A DNA stretch of 64,000 nucleotides from Eledone cirrhosa (GCA_964016885.1 OZ024740.1:182714001-182778000); one strand, 5' to 3'. Numbered from the stretch's first letter, positions 48,595-62,955 are shown. The notes: a model not told the origin generated them from the sequence alone. Made by a program: numbers and translations.

Positions 48595-50858
48595 AATAGG
48601 TGCAGGGGATGCAAAGTTGATGGAAGTCTTGGTATGGGGAGATCCAGGAAGACTTGGGATGAGGTGATAAAAGCTGACCTTGCCCAATTGCACCCCACAA
48701 AGGTGATGACGCAGGACTAAGATCTCTGGCATTATGCAGTAATATAGAAGAGCCAACTTCCCATGGGTGCAGGCTGAAGTTGAAGCACATACACAGTATG
48801 ACCACTCTAAAGTGGTCGTGTAGGTGTCATGAAAAAAAGCACCCAGGCCATATTGTAAAGAGGACGTGTAGGTGTCACGACAAAATGTGCCCAGTCCCAC
48901 TGTAAACTGGTGATGTAGGCGACACAGCAAAAATGACCCAGTAGTCATAATTAGTAAGGCATACCCTGTGGAAGAATGTACCTCAAAACATAGGTTAGTC
49001 GTTAGTGACATCTCAATAAGCAAGAGGCAGAACGAGTCACACAGAAATGTATGGAAAATGAAGGTCTGGAAGCTAAAGGACCTTTCACTTAAATATAAAT
49101 TTAGGAAAGCCCTTTAAGATGTGTATGACGAGAAAAAGACGAATTAGAATTGTATGATATAGATGATAACTGGAAGTTCTTACCAGACAACATACTGCAT
49201 GCACTATAGATAGAGACATTAAAGACAAAAGACAAGCATAGAAGGATTGGGAAAATGGGAGTAGTGACCGATACTCAGCCGCTAGATGTCAGGTATACTT
49301 AGCATTCAGGGAAGCTGAGAGTAGGAGGTTTGCCAATGTTCAGTGATGAGTGGAGCAATTATAGGTGCATAAAATTGATGGATCAGGTTATGAAAGTGAC
49401 AGATAGGATACTAGCACAACTAATTAGTGCAGCTAATTAGAGAAAGGGTCAAATTAGATGAAATGCAGTTTTGTTTTGTGCCTGGGAAAAGTACAACAGA
49501 TGTCCTCTTCTTAGTGAGACAACTACAAGAGAGGTTCTTGGAGAAGAATAACTCACTGTACTTAGCTTTTGTTGACCTAGAGAAAGCATTTGATAGAGTA
49601 CTCTGATCTGTCATCAGGTGGTCCCTAAAGTGTAGATGAATGGCTTTTGAGGACATTGCAAGCTATGTACAGGGGGGCTGTCAGTAAAGTGAGAATAGGA
49701 ATGGAGTTTAGTGAGGAATTCCAGATACAAGTAGGTGTACATCAAGGTTTGGTCCTCAGCCCACTCTTAATAATTATAGTTCTCCTAGTCATAACAGAGG
49801 AGATTAACACTGGCTGCCCATGGGAACTTCTCTATGCTGACAATCTGGTACTTATAGCAGACTGAGAGTGAACCTAGCTAAGACTAAAGTATGGATAAGT
49901 AGGAAAGAGGACAAGACTGTGATTCCATCAGGGAAATGGCCATGTTGGATATGTAGAAACGGAGTTGGCATTAACTCTATAGAATGTACACAATGCAGAT
50001 CTTGGGTAGACAAGAGGTGTAGTGGGATAGCAGGCAAACTAACAGGAAGGAAAAACTTCATATGTAGATGTTTAGAGAAAATTGATAGTAGAAGTGTCAG
50101 TGATAGGCACATTTATCAAAGGAGATGACGAAGGACCTTAGCAAGTGGAGAGATGCTGTGCTGAATAGGACCCGTCCAACCCTTGCAAGCAGGGAAAAGC
50201 GGACGTAAAATGATGATGATGAAGTAGGATCTATAGAGGTAGTTGATAGCTTCTGATATGTAGGTGATCAGATTAGCAAGGGAGGAGGATGCTCCAAGGC
50301 AATAGTATCTAAAATAAGGACAGGCTGGAAGATATAGGGAGATGTTTCCTCTGTTGACAACAAAGGATTTCCCCCTATGAAAGAAAGGTCGGTTATATGA
50401 TGTCTGTGTGAGATGCGTGATGCTGCATGGTAGTGAGACATGGCCAACAGCTGCATAGGATATGCGAAGGCTGGAAAGAAATGAGGCAAGCAAGCTCAGA
50501 TGCATGTGCAATGTCAATGCACATGAACGACCAAGTGTGGACAAGTTGAGAGTGAAACTGTGTATAAGTGGAATAAATTGGAGTGTGTGGGAGAGAAGAC
50601 TGCATTGGTATGGCCATGTGATGTACATGGAAGATAACCGCTGGATGAAGAAGTGCCAAGAAATCCCAGTGGAAGGAAGACGCAAAAGGGCAAAACCATG
50701 AAAGACATGGGTGGCAGTAGTGAGAGGTGACCTCAGATCGCTGAAGCTCACAGAGGAGATGATGAGGGACTGTGATGAATAGAGAGATGCTATGCTGAAG
50801 AGGATCCATCCCACCCTTGCGAGCAGGGAAAAGCAGACGTAAATTAATGATGATGAAG
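48595..50858 (+). mobile_element. Cluster of RTE fragments
   Basis: A 3' end with UTR (48595-48920), then a heavily deleted APE-RT copy. A short RTE 3' end at about 50125-50222 interrupts it, and ORF2 sequence resumes at 50226 through to a second tail. Confidence 0.88.
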
Positions 50859-53744
50859 ATTATATATATATCATCATTATCATCATCATCATTTAAAGAC
50901 CACTTCCCCTGCTAGCAAATATTGGACGGGTCTACATAGACCAAATAATTACTATAGTGGGGCGACTGACCTCCCAGACAGGCTGAGGGCTCTGTGCCCA
51001 ACTTACATATTGTCATATCTTGTGCAGAGAAGTTGTTATGTCTTTTGACACAAACTGAAGAGTCTTCACAACCCTTTTAGGCATAGTTTCTACAGTAAGG
51101 TGCCCTTTCTGTTGCCACTCAGATTTATGGAGTTTACCAGAGGCATTTTCATGGCAACAAATTTGCATCGTTGTTGATCATATATCCAATTGTAGAGCCC
51201 TCTCATCTCTGGGGAGGGTGACACTAAGGGGAGGAAAACAGTTATGAAGTTATAGGTGTCAGGCACTAACATATTCCAATAAATACATTCTACATTCCCA
51301 AGTGAAACTATATTTGCGGGGTGAATAGAAGTAAATATACACACACATACACCAGGTCCTGACACAGAGGAGCCGAACTCCCACTGTCATTACTTCCATC
51401 TCTCGCCCTCCCCATCTCTTACTATTATGAGCAACTGGTGTCCCACATTCTGGCTGCCCATGGCCCGGCAGAGAGAATAGAGAAGGCCTTTTCCTGGAGA
51501 ATGGTGTGCGAAATGCACTGGAAGAGCCATTCCATCTTGTGAGGGTCACACCTGTGGCTAGTCACCTCAGCACCTATGGCTATGAGAGGGGAGGTAGCAA
51601 TTGGGACAAGGACACCAGAAGTATCCACTGCTAAAATTATAGGTTATGTAGGGATTTGGCAACACAATGAGTAAATGATAGAGATGGCTGATTAGTGTAA
51701 GGAAATATAGTAGTGTGAGGGATATGGTCAATGTGGTGGGGTTGAGTGGCATGATGGAGAGATAAGTAAAGCAGATAGTGAGAGGGTAAGGAGTGGTAGT
51801 GAGGGGTGAACAAGGGGTAGAGAGAGTAGTTACTAGGTCATACGTTTTATCGAGTGCAGGAAAGTTGTCATGTCTTTTGTGTGTGTGTATGTGTATATAT
51901 ATATATATATATTCATTTTATTAAGGCTAAATAGTGAAACTCATCTTATGATCTGTTGTCTGCATGTACCAGGATTGTGGCTCATATCTCTTAAAGTTGA
52001 AGCTTGTGATTAATTGAGATATTCTGTTGTAAAGGATTGTTCAGCAATAAATAATAATGATTTCTTCCATATCCATAGGGTTAGAAACTTGGAAGGAGGG
52101 AACAATTCATTATATAAACCCCAGTAATTCACTGGTACTTATCAAGCTTGAATGAATAAATGGTAAAGTTAACTTTGTTGGGATTTGAACTCAGATCATA
52201 AAGAGCTGGAACAAATACCACAAGGCATTTTATCTGGCATTCTAATAATTCAGCCAATTTCCCAGAACTAACATGTTAATCACAATGAGGATGATGGTGA
52301 TGATAACAATGATAATATTGTTGTTGTTAATTATTGTGGCAGTGACAATAATGATAATCATTAATGTAATTGAATTTTACGATTTTCTTCAATATGTTTG
52401 ATAAAGTTTAAAACAAGTTTAGAAATTGCCAAAGGGAAATGTATATTAAAATTTTGATTGACAATCATATTGTAAGATTACATTTAAAAAAGTAATAATT
52501 TTCTGCAAATAATGGGTATCTTCACTGAAAATAATGCAATTTTTTCGCATATCTTGTATATTACAGCAAAACGGAATATTTCCCTTCTGCTGCAAGATTG
52601 AGAAAGAAAACACATGAATATGTCCTCGTTAAAGACTATTTATATTATGTTTTTAATAAAAAGATTTTTTTACATATTTATATATTTAAATATCATTTTG
52701 TATTATAATAAAGTTATTGTTTGCTATATTGTCAGCAGAAATCATATTGTTGTCAAGAATGTAGTTTTAAAATTATATTTATGAAATAGCAATAGCTGAA
52801 GCAAAACTCATAAGCTCAACTAATATTGAAAAACTGGCATGAATCATATGTTCAATGAAAGAATAGAGTTGTGTGTGTATTTGTAACTGTATATGAACAT
52901 AAGTATATATATATATATATATATCAATGCATTTGATTATCTTTTGGTATGGAATGTAACCATCCATAGGATGTTTCTATGTTATTTGTTTTCAATCTAT
53001 GAAAACTCTTCATTACTCTTCAACCACCACATGATTCATCCATGATTCTCATGCATCTTGTTCAATTGCATACGTTGTATTGTTCAACATTGAAGATTAT
53101 CTACCCTATAACTATCATACTGCACTGAATTGGCCAAGTCATTAGCACATTAGAAAAAATGCTTTGTGATATTTGTTCCATTTCTCTGCATTCTGATTTC
53201 AGATCCCACCATCGTCAACTTTGCATTTCATCCTTTTGTGATAAAAAAAGTAACAATCTTGTAGGGTTAATTCTTACTCTATGTTCCTTTCTTACTTATT
53301 CTCTCTCTCTCTCTCTCCTTCTCTGAAAGAACGCATCTGTGTCCAGACCTGGAGAAGTGATGGGCTCCCCTAGGTTACAGTGTCACCCCTACAACAAAAT
53401 CAGGAGTTAGAAATCCATGACATGGCATGACATCTGTCAAATAAAGAAAATACCTTAATTATGAATGAGTGCTGACTATTTACTAGGCATTTACTTCAAC
53501 CCAACATATTCTCGGGGTAGTTTAACTGCCACACATAAACATTCTAGATCAGTTTTGCATCCACATTTTTAGAAGAAGGTCAAAATCATATTTTAGGAAA
53601 ACTTCATGGACCACCAAATATAAATTTATTTTTATTTGCATAGAACATAAATAGTTTAAATTAAGAATTAAATATTCATTGTATGATAAGAGACATAAAT
53701 TTACTTTTAATTGATTTACATTTTAGACGATATGTATAAAATTA

Positions 53745-54836
53745 GTGACTGCACTGAAAGGTTTGCTCTTTTGCTTTTTTTGTGGAAGGGTTGTGTGCCA
53801 ATGATCAGGTGATCCTTTTGCTGTCAACAGCTGATGCATAGAGCAATCAGCATGCCATGACTGATAATGCACAAATATCCATGGAGGTTATGACATCTTC
53901 AGCTTTTCCTTGAAAATAGACATGTGTGATCATCGTTTGCTAGATGAGAATTTCCCCAGCTTATCTCCTTGATGGAGCCGCAGTTATGGGTCAAACGGAG
54001 ACTACAAGGGAACACTTGGAAACTGGAATGTCTTCAAGCGCTTACAGCCCTCTACCAATCATACAGCAAACTTGCTGGAAACTCTACTTTTGGGTTCTAT
54101 AAAGAGTTAGTGGTGGGTAAAAGCAATGTCATTTGGAGAGATATTCTAGGCCTTGAGGAAAACCAACTAGCCACTCTTTTCTGGAGGACCTTTGGTCCAG
54201 GGACTATGGTTAACTTTCAGAAATCCCTAGCCTGTCAGTGCAACCAAGGAACATTGCTACTTTGAGATAAAATCTACAGTCATGGAAGTCCCATTGTCAG
54301 GCATGCAGGGTGACGCAACCATCCTGCTCGCACTAGTTAAGTGCCTGAATATTGCTACCTTATAAGTTTATGTTGAACACCTGCTGTCATATATAGAACA
54401 GATTCAGCTATCTGCTAAGTCAATCAAGAAGACTGCCCACTGCCTTCCTTTAGCTGGGAAGGACAGTCATGTTGTATCTGCTTGGTGACCATGACAAAAA
54501 AATTTGTGTGGTGGACATTTTTGAAAGGGTTTGAAGACAACCTCTTTTCTCTCTTGCAAAGCCAAGATTAACTATCTCAGGTTTCATTTGAAGAAGAAAA
54601 TCAGGGTGGAGAGGGAAGTGCCCCCTTCCAGCCAGTTTGTTGAAAGGTGGATAAGAATGGTGAGTAAAGCTTGGGTGAATGGGCCTGCCCTGAATACATG
54701 CCAGTAGATTTTATTTGAATTTTAAAGTTTTCATTGATTTAGTTTAAATTTCTACATGTCTCACTGATTCATCTTGTGCCATCCTTAATGTTTTCTTAAT
54801 GTGAGCCCTAATAAAGAAGTTATTATTATTATTATT
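53745..54836 (+). mobile_element. Old 5'-truncated Tx1/L1-clade LINE
   Basis: WKLECLQALTAL...FQKSLA homologous to the ORF2 C-termini at 56171-56794 and 62223-62888. Ends AATAAAGAAG(TTA)n. Confidence 0.85.
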
Positions 54837-54899
54837 GCTCTATCATGCAGTACAGATGGATAATGCACCAGGGTAGTTAGTCATTTGTGAAGTTGCAAC

Positions 54900-55570
54900 A
54901 AGGACCACAGACAGATAATACTTTCCTTAAAATGTGGGCCTGCAAAGCTGTCTTTTGTGTGACACCAACCTGTATGGTATTCCCAGTGGCTTTAAGAAAT
55001 CTTGAAGTTTCAATGAGAATGACCCTAATGCCCTAATAACAACTGGTATAACTTTCACATTATTCTCTTGCATTCCTAATAGTCTTGACAGCTCCACTTT
55101 CTATTCTGGTTACTTGGTGATTTTTTTTCAATCTTCTTATTCACAATATTCATGTCATTAGGTATTGTGTCAAGGCACATGCACATACCAATTCTATGAC
55201 TTCATATTGGTATTTACAACTCAGAAGCCAATGAACGTATAGACATATTTTATTATGGCAGCACTTGTATTCTTTTTGCACAAGGCTCTCACATCTGCTT
55301 AACAGATGAGCCACATTTTTTACATTCTTTCCACAAACCCTGCACTTTGGGGTTTTAGATGTTTTGTAGATGTTATATTTCATCAAGTTGGTAACAAGAG
55401 CTTGGTCTTGTGCTGCAACTATAAGGCTTTCAGTGGCATGTTTCAAAGTACCTAGCTTAAGCCATGCCCACGATGTTGTTTTATCTTTGATAAAACTAAC
55501 CATGCATTCTTATTCCTAGAAGATCTTTTCTTTTCTCTTCTACTATTTGGTTAAACTCTTCCTTTCCAAC
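54900..55570 (-). mobile_element. R4/Dong-like non-LTR fragment (CCHC finger, restriction-like endonuclease region)
   Basis: WAWL..G.LK..TESLIVAAQDQAL.T, CRVC...VAHLLSRC..L..KEY..HN, and IPVVIRALG further downstream. Confidence 0.8.
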
Positions 55571-55807
55571 CATTTCTACTGTATATAGGCTCAATTATGA
55601 ATTATTATATATTTTGGTCTTTGTGGCCAATAATAAAGAAATCATGATTATAATTATCAACATTATCACTCCTACTTCTAGTATTTTATCGATCCCTGAA
55701 GGATTAAAGAGAAAATTGACTTTGGTGGAATTTGAACTTTCAATGTTAAGAAAAATACTCTGTATAATTTTGTCAAATGAGCTGATCATTTTGTCAATAC
55801 ACTACCT

Positions 55808-55822
55808 AACTGCTACTACTAT

Positions 55823-55881
<59 letters not shown>

Positions 55882-55896
55882 TTACTACTACTACTA
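55808..55896. repeat. (ACT)n microsatellite
   Basis: Source of the poly-Thr ORF. Confidence 0.97.
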
Positions 55897-56170
55897 GCAA
55901 TAATAATAATGCTTTCTTTATTGACCACAAGGGTTTACACAAAGTAAGACATTAAGGACAGTACAGGACAGTACAGGACAATACAGGACGGTACAAATGA
56001 GCATTTCTGCATGTAAAAAAAACAAAAAACAGAGGATGTAACAAAAAAGGAACAATGAAAAATTCACCAATAGGGGAGAGATTTCCGAGGGCCATCGTGG
56101 AGAAAGCCCATTAAAAAAGCCACGGTGAAACTGACCACCAGGGCAAGTGCCCTCTCCCAGTTTTCCATCT

Positions 56171-59100
56171 TCAATTTACAGGCACATACTGAGAGCCATT
56201 CTTGCCTTGGGCCATTCTTGCCTCTTTCACCCATCTTTCAACACAATGCTGAGAAGAGAGCAATTCCCTCTCTACCTTGATTTTCCTTTTCAAATGAAAT
56301 TTGAAAAAGTTAATCAGGGCATCACCGAAAAGGTAAGTGCTCGTCTTCAGCCCTTTCAGACGCGTCCACAATATTATCTTTTTCGCCATGGCCACCAGAC
56401 AGATAAAAACTTCCTGCCTTTTCCGGCTAAAGGAAAAGGGCGGGGCAATCTTCATGATGGACTCAGATGATAGCCGGATCCGTTCTACACGCGACAGCAG
56501 GTGTTCGACATAAACCCACAAGTCAGCAATGCTCGGACACTGGACGAGTGCGTACAGAACGGTTTCGTCGCCCTGTGCGCATCTCGGACATACCCGGCTG
56601 ATGGCACTTCCATGCCTGTAGCGTTTATCCCGAACTGGCAAAGCTCCTCGGTAGCACTGCCAGGCCTGGGATTTCTGGAAATTGTCCATAGGCCCCGGCC
56701 CGACAGTTCTTCCGAAGAGATTGGCTAGTTGATTTTTGTTGACGCCTAGAGTTTCCCCAAGTACGTCGTCGCTCTTCCCCTCCACTAATCCCATATAGTA
56801 GCCTAGGTGGAGTTTCCAACGATCACATTGCCCGACTGGTCAAGGGCTGTGAGCGCCAGAAGACATTCCAGTCTCCAAGCGCTCCCTCTCGGTCTTCGCT
56901 TGACCCAGGACTGCAGCTCCGTCATGGAGACGAGCTGGGGAAAGGCGCATCTAGCAAACGGCGACCACACTTGATCAACGTCGCGGAAGAGAATGGAGAT
57001 GTCGTAGCCTGAGCACGTGTCTGCGCATCATCAGCCACGGCATGCCAACCCATCATGTAGTGGGTGTTGACAGCAGATGGACCGCCTGACCATCGGAGCG
57101 CGCCCCTTCTACAAAAGGTGAAAGAGCAAACGCTCCAGCGCAGTCAGGCGAGGCATAGGACAAGGCACGACAGTCAGGTGGTAGTAGATTACAGACGCGA
57201 TGTACGCATTCGCCACCTCCGCTCGACCTTTCTCTCTGCCCATTTCTGGGTAAGAGAAGCCACCCTGCTCATCACCTCGTCCCAGTTTTTGTCCGTCTGG
57301 AGGTCCGGACCGAACCAGACCACTAGAAATTTAACCGGTCGATCCGTCCAGCGCCTAACGACGCTGTTGGACAGCATGGACCTGTCTCTCTATGTGCCGA
57401 GCTGCAGGCCCACCGATTTTTCCTGGTTGATCATCGCTCCTGTCACCGCATCGTATTCTCTTAGTGTAGTGCCGATCACCTCGATGATTTTGGCGTTCGA
57501 CACCACTACGGTACCATCGTCCGCATATGCTTACATGAATCTTCCGCATCCTAGTTCGCGCGGGACCCTCCTAAATGTCTCCAGCTCGTGCAGTAATGTC
57601 TCGAGAGTCAATACGTACAAGAGGGACGAGAGGAGACATCCTTGGCGGACCAAGTGCATGATGTTAAACAGCTCCGAAAGGTAACCATTCACTCTCACCA
57701 CAGAGCAGATGTCGCTGTGCATTGCAGTGATCCAGCCTCTGAAGACGGGCCCAACACTAACCGCCTTGAGGTCTGCCGCCAGATAAAAGTCAACCCTATC
57801 AAAAGTTTTCGATAGATCTAAATTGATCAAGGACCCACCCATGCCAGGTTCCCTAGCTACCCTCTCCACAATGTATCACATGAGGTGGAGGTTGTCATGG
57901 ATGGATCTGTCTGGAATGGGGCATGTCGGCACATCTCCCACCAGACCACCAGCAACAAGCGCCAATCTCTTGGCCAAAATCTTGAAATCTGTGTTGAGCA
58001 GAGTTATGAGCCTGAAATTATCTATGTTATCCCCCTTGTTCGGATCCTTTCTTGGCAACCCCACTGCTCGTCGCCTCACAGACCTAGGAATTCTCCCATT
58101 CTGTTGCCAGTTGCAGTAGACGTCCGCCAAGAGGCCTCCGAACATGTCTGGCATCTGTACGTAAAGTTCATAGGGCAGACCATCTAAACCAGGCGATTTA
58201 CCCCTTGTGCAGCCAGTCATAGCCTCCCGTACTTCAGTGGCTGTCATCGGCTTTTTACAACACTCTGCCTCAGTGGCCGAGAGCCGCGGCATTCCGTCGA
58301 GGTAGGCACTAAAGTCTATCCCTTGATCCAGCCCACCGCTGCTCCCGATCGAGTAGCATGGGATCGAGTAGCATGCGCCCGTCGTGGTCCACCAAAGTCC
58401 GGATCTTGGCTTTGTTGCCACGATGCGCCTCCACCACTCGGACCCATTGAACGGCTTTCGTCCCCTCATGTCTGACAGCACGCACCCTAGCTCTGACAAC
58501 GCAGCCTTCGTGCTATGCCTTGAAGAATTGGTCAAGGGCCAATTACGCCGCAAGTACGTCGGTCGCGATGCCTTTGCTAAACGCCTCGTCTAATTTTCTA
58601 ACTAATTCTCCCTCTGCTCTATTTTTCTCTCTTGCTAAAGCCTTACTAAATCTAATGGACTCTATTCTAATTGCTCTTTTCAGAGAAAACCACCACTTGT
58701 TGTTGACGATGGCCCCCGTCAACGCCCGCTTAACTAGTTCACTAATCCTGTCTCTGTAGGCATTACGCGCTGGTAAGAACGCGTTTAGCTTCCAGTAGCC
58801 GGGTCCTCGTCTATGAAGCCTATCTAAGTCAAGCACACAGATCACGAATTTGTGGTCCGTGTAGCTGACTATCTTGAATTGTGGACAGCCTAAGCTAGGC
58901 CTCTCTATTTCCTTACAAAATACTCTATCTAGATATGATCTGGATGTCCCTATGCGATTTGTCCAAGTCCACATTGGCACATTCGGGAAATCCAATCGGT
59001 ACCTGTCAGACAGTTTAAAACGCCTGAGCAGGTTGGTGAGGCTCTTGCACCCTCCTCCCCTATCCGCTGATCCCACACAATCCCAGCGTGCATCTAAGAT

Positions 59101-59530
59101 CCCGTTCCAGTCGCCCACTAACACTAACGAGCGGGACGTTCCAAGAAAGGTCTCCAGACGCCGGAAGAAATCAGGCCGCCCTGCTCCTGTCGGGGCATAG
59201 ACGGCTACTAGCCTGAAAGCTTGCCCGTCGCCGCTGGTCACGTCCAGCATCACCAACTTACCTTCTGGGTCCAGGAAGATGGCCCGTATGGCGAGATCCA
59301 AACCTCTCCGAAAAAGCACAGCAATTCCACCCCCGATCCCGGACGGCTGGGAGATGCGTACACATCGTAGCCGCCGAAGATCGGTGCGAAGGCCCGTGCT
59401 TCGGAGATTCTGGTCTCGCTGATGGCCACTATATCTATGTTTAGTGACCTGAGGTCGTTGAGCTGGTGGTCCTGCTTCCATGACGACCCCAAGCACGCGC
59501 TTTTATGCTGCCTATTCTGAGTGAGGTCAT
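56171..59530 (-). pseudogene. Tx1-like ORF2: AP endonuclease, reverse transcriptase, C-terminal zinc finger
   Basis: AISET, AVYAP, VGDWN, SYLDR, YTDH, GPGYWKLN, KSPGLDGLP, FRLITLLNTDFKILAK, DLSKTFDRV, VRQGCLLS, AYADD, CPRC...ET. Several frameshifts and stops. Confidence 0.93.
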
Positions 59531-61493
59531 GTTTAAAATGAAGTGGAAAAGATGGGAAAGACCACTTACCTTAATTCTCGTAGAGAAGGATGGTTTGTCT
59601 ATCCTTTCACTGCTTGTGGCCTCCTCAGGAAGGATGTCCTTATAAATCCTCCTGGAGAGTGTTTGTCGGAAGTCTCCGATGTCTTTGGTGAATTTTTGTT
59701 TTAGTGACGTATACGTTTTCTGTGTGATGCAAGTGATTCGTATGTGTGGAGGTGGTGTGAACTTTTGGGTTGTTGTGTAGTCTTTTTCTGTGATGCTGGT
59801 GTTGTGTTGGACGTAGTGTAATAATTGGTTGTTGGTCAAATTTAATGCTGTATAGTGTGTATCGTTTAGGTTCTTTTGTTTTGTTTGCGTTTGTTGTGGG
59901 TTTGTTTCTGTTTCGCTTTTTGGTGACTTTTGTGGTGTAGGTGATGGTGGTGTTGGGGTTAATGATGGTGATGGTGTTGGTGTTTGTGGTGATGGTGTTG
60001 GTGATGCTGGTGTGGATGGTGGCATATCTGTCATAACTTTTTTGTATGATAGTTTATTTGTTTCCCTCTGTATTTTGTTTTTGGAGGGGGAAGGAAGAGA
60101 ATTTTTTGTTTTTTTGGTTTCTTTTTTTCTTTTTTCCTGATACCGTTTCCCACTCCTCGTCGTCACAATATGTCTCCAGTTGTGATAGGCCGGGGAGTGG
60201 AAAATGCTCCACAGGCGTTGGTTTAGGTTGTGGCGTGGTGGATGGTGTAGGCGCTGGTGCTAGTTCTGGCGCGTTGGGTGGTGGTGGTGTTGGTTTTGCT
60301 ACTGTTGCTGGGGTTGTTGCTGTTACAGTTGCTTCTGTTGTTGCTGCTACTAGTTGTTGCTGCCATCTCTGCTGCTGGTGGTGTTGATTGTTGAGTCACT
60401 GGGGTGGGTAAGAGAGGTGGCCTCAACCTTTTAGCCTGAGGGCAGAAAGCCCTTAGGTGGGTTCCTTCACCACAAACGACACACCTAGGCCTTCAGCCCT
60501 CGACGATTACGGTGAGGTGGCTGCCGTCAGTGAGGTCTATTACCTCTGGGATCTCCTCAATGCTTTTTTGGTCCGCTTGGATCAGGAGCTCTATCCCAGA
60601 TCCGGACCAGTTCTCCTGCTTTTCTTTCGCTATTTCGATTATCTTGGTGTTGGCTTCGATGCCGGCGAGGACGGCAGCTATTAGCCAGGGAATTTCGATG
60701 GCCGGTGGAACGTGGGTCACACTGATCTTTACGAGTATCTGGCCACAATAGCTTGGGACGAGTGTGAAGTCGTCACTTCTTAATGGGGCCATAGAGTGTT
60801 CTCTAGCCTCCTATGGTGTTTCAAAGAACACGTCCACGGTTCCATATTTCTGCCCACGTCTGATGTGGGGATTTTTTGCCCACACATGTCCCAAAGATTT
60901 TTGGATTCGGGACTCGGATGCCCGTTCTACTCGGCGCCATTTCATATTAATTGTTGGATAAGACACGGTGCATAGGCGCCGATGCTCCATTTTATTATGT
61001 GGGAGGGGGGTGAGGCTGACCCTGTACCCATCTTTCTTTACCATTTTTTTGGCTTCTTCTAATTCCTCCTGAGTTACCTGAAATGCTTCGCACTGTTTTG
61101 CTACTCTGGCAAAACTCAGGGTGGTTTTCTTAATGTCATTGTTGCTGTTGTTGTTTTCGTTATTTTTGTTATTGTTAATTTTAGTTTCAGTTGTGGTGGT
61201 GGTGGCGTCAGTGGTGTTCGGTGTGGAAGAGTTCATTTTGGTTGAATTCATTTCGATATCACGAGTTAATTTATTTTTTCTTTTGTTTCTGCTGTCGCTG
61301 TAGTGGTGGTGGGGGTAGCGGCTTTAACACCTGCAGTCATTGGTAATGGCGGGAAATGAATGTCTGCCTGAGACAAATAAAAAATATTGCTACTGCTTAT
61401 ATTTTTAGTGTTGGCAAACGTAGTAATATTTACAATGGTGGTGTCGGTGTGAGGTGTTAGTTTGTGAGGAAGGAGTGACTCTGAGTCATCCAT
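59531..61493 (-). pseudogene. Tx1-like ORF1, disrupted
   Basis: SFARVAK, ISVTHVPP, VIVEG*RPRC (decayed zinc knuckle) and T/P/N-rich low-complexity segments upstream of ORF2. Confidence 0.75.
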
Positions 61494-61708
61494 GATTTTT
61501 CAAAGAAAAAGTTTTGTTTGATAATTATAAAAGTTTAAATTTTGGGCTCAAGGCCCCAATCTTTTTGGGTGTCCTTTTCAGATAACAATGTATGTGCACT
61601 TATATACAGTTACCAATAAAAATTCTCGATAAATGGCAATTTTAAACGACTAAAAATAACAAACCTTTGCGGAGCTCACGATGATACGATTTACTACATA
61701 GGTCACCA

Positions 61709-62955
61709 ATAATAATAATAATAATAATAATAATTTCTTTATTAACCACAAGTGCGGACATCAAGAAAACATTACAGACGGCACAGGACGGTACAGGACG
61801 GTACGATGTGGGTTTTGTGCATGTTAAGATTTTTATTATTTATATAAGAAAAGTAAAAAAAGACATAGAAACATTATTTATATATATATATAAACAATAA
61901 AAATGAAAATTAAAACAATGAAAAATTCCCCAATAGGGGGAAAACCTCCGAGGGTTACTCGTGGCGAAAACCACACAAAAGACAACAGCCACCCTGAACA
62001 CCAGGGCAAGCGCCCTCTCTCAATTTTTCCATTTCTCAAACTACAAACGTATATTCAGAATGGTCCCGTTCACTCGGACCATTCTCGCTACATTCACCCA
62101 CCTTTCAACAAACTTGCTAGAAGGCAGCACTTGCCTCTCCACCCTGATTTTCCTCTTCAAGTGAAACGTGAAAAAATTAATTAGGGATTCGCCGAAGAGG
62201 AAGGTGTCTGTCTTTAACCCTTTCAACCTTGTCCACCACACCATCTCTTTCGCCATGGCCAACAGGCAGATGAAAACTGCACAATGGCCTCAGTCGATAA
62301 CCGGATCAGTCCTACACGCGACAGCAACTGTTCGACATAGCTCCACAAGTCAGCAATTCTCGGGCATTGAACAAGTGCATGCACGACGGTTTCGTCACTC
62401 TGTGCGTATCTCAGAGAGGCTTGGCTGACGACACTTCCGTGCCTGTAGAGCTTATCTCGAACTGGCAAGGCTCCTCGGTAGCACTGCCAGGCCAGGGATT
62501 TTTGGAACTTATCCATAGGCCCTGGGCTGAAAGTTCTCCGGAACAGAGCAAACAGCTGATCTTCTTTGACGCCCAGGATCTCTCCGAGAACGTCGTCGCT
62601 CTTGCCCTCCACTAATCCTCTATAGAACGCCGAGGTGGATGTTCCACCAATACTGGGGCCCAGCTGGCAGAGGGCAGTGAGCGCCTGGAGACATTCCAGT
62701 TTCCAAGCTCTATCCATCAGTCTTTTCCTGACCCAGGACTGCAGCTCCGACAAGGAGACCAGCTGTGGGAAAACGTGCCTGGCGAACGGCAACAACACCT
62801 GATCACCGTCAAGGAAGCACCAGAGGTGTCGCAGCCTCAGCGCATGTTTGCGCATCATCAGCCATGGCATGCCCAATCCTCCATGCAATGGGTGTTGACA
62901 GCAGATAGATCATCTGACCATGGGAGCCCGTCCCTTCCACAAAAAGTGGAAGAGG
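61709..62955 (-). mobile_element. Second Tx1-like copy, 5'-truncated, head-to-tail with the first
   Basis: HGGLGMP..FQKSLAWQCYRGALPVRDKL. Its (TTA)n tail abuts the 5' end of the long copy. Confidence 0.92.

Larger units (their letters stand above)
55899..61708 (-). mobile_element. Near full-length Tx1/L1-clade LINE
   Basis: Disrupted ORF1 (about 61493-59530) and ORF2 (about 59530-56171), then a 3' UTR with short GTCCTGTAC repeats, AATAAA and a (TTA)n tail. Confidence 0.93.

Noticed and set aside
57064-57684. 206-aa plus-strand ORF and other antisense ORFs over LINEs
   Set aside because: Shadow frames of GC-richer TE coding sequence with no independent motifs.
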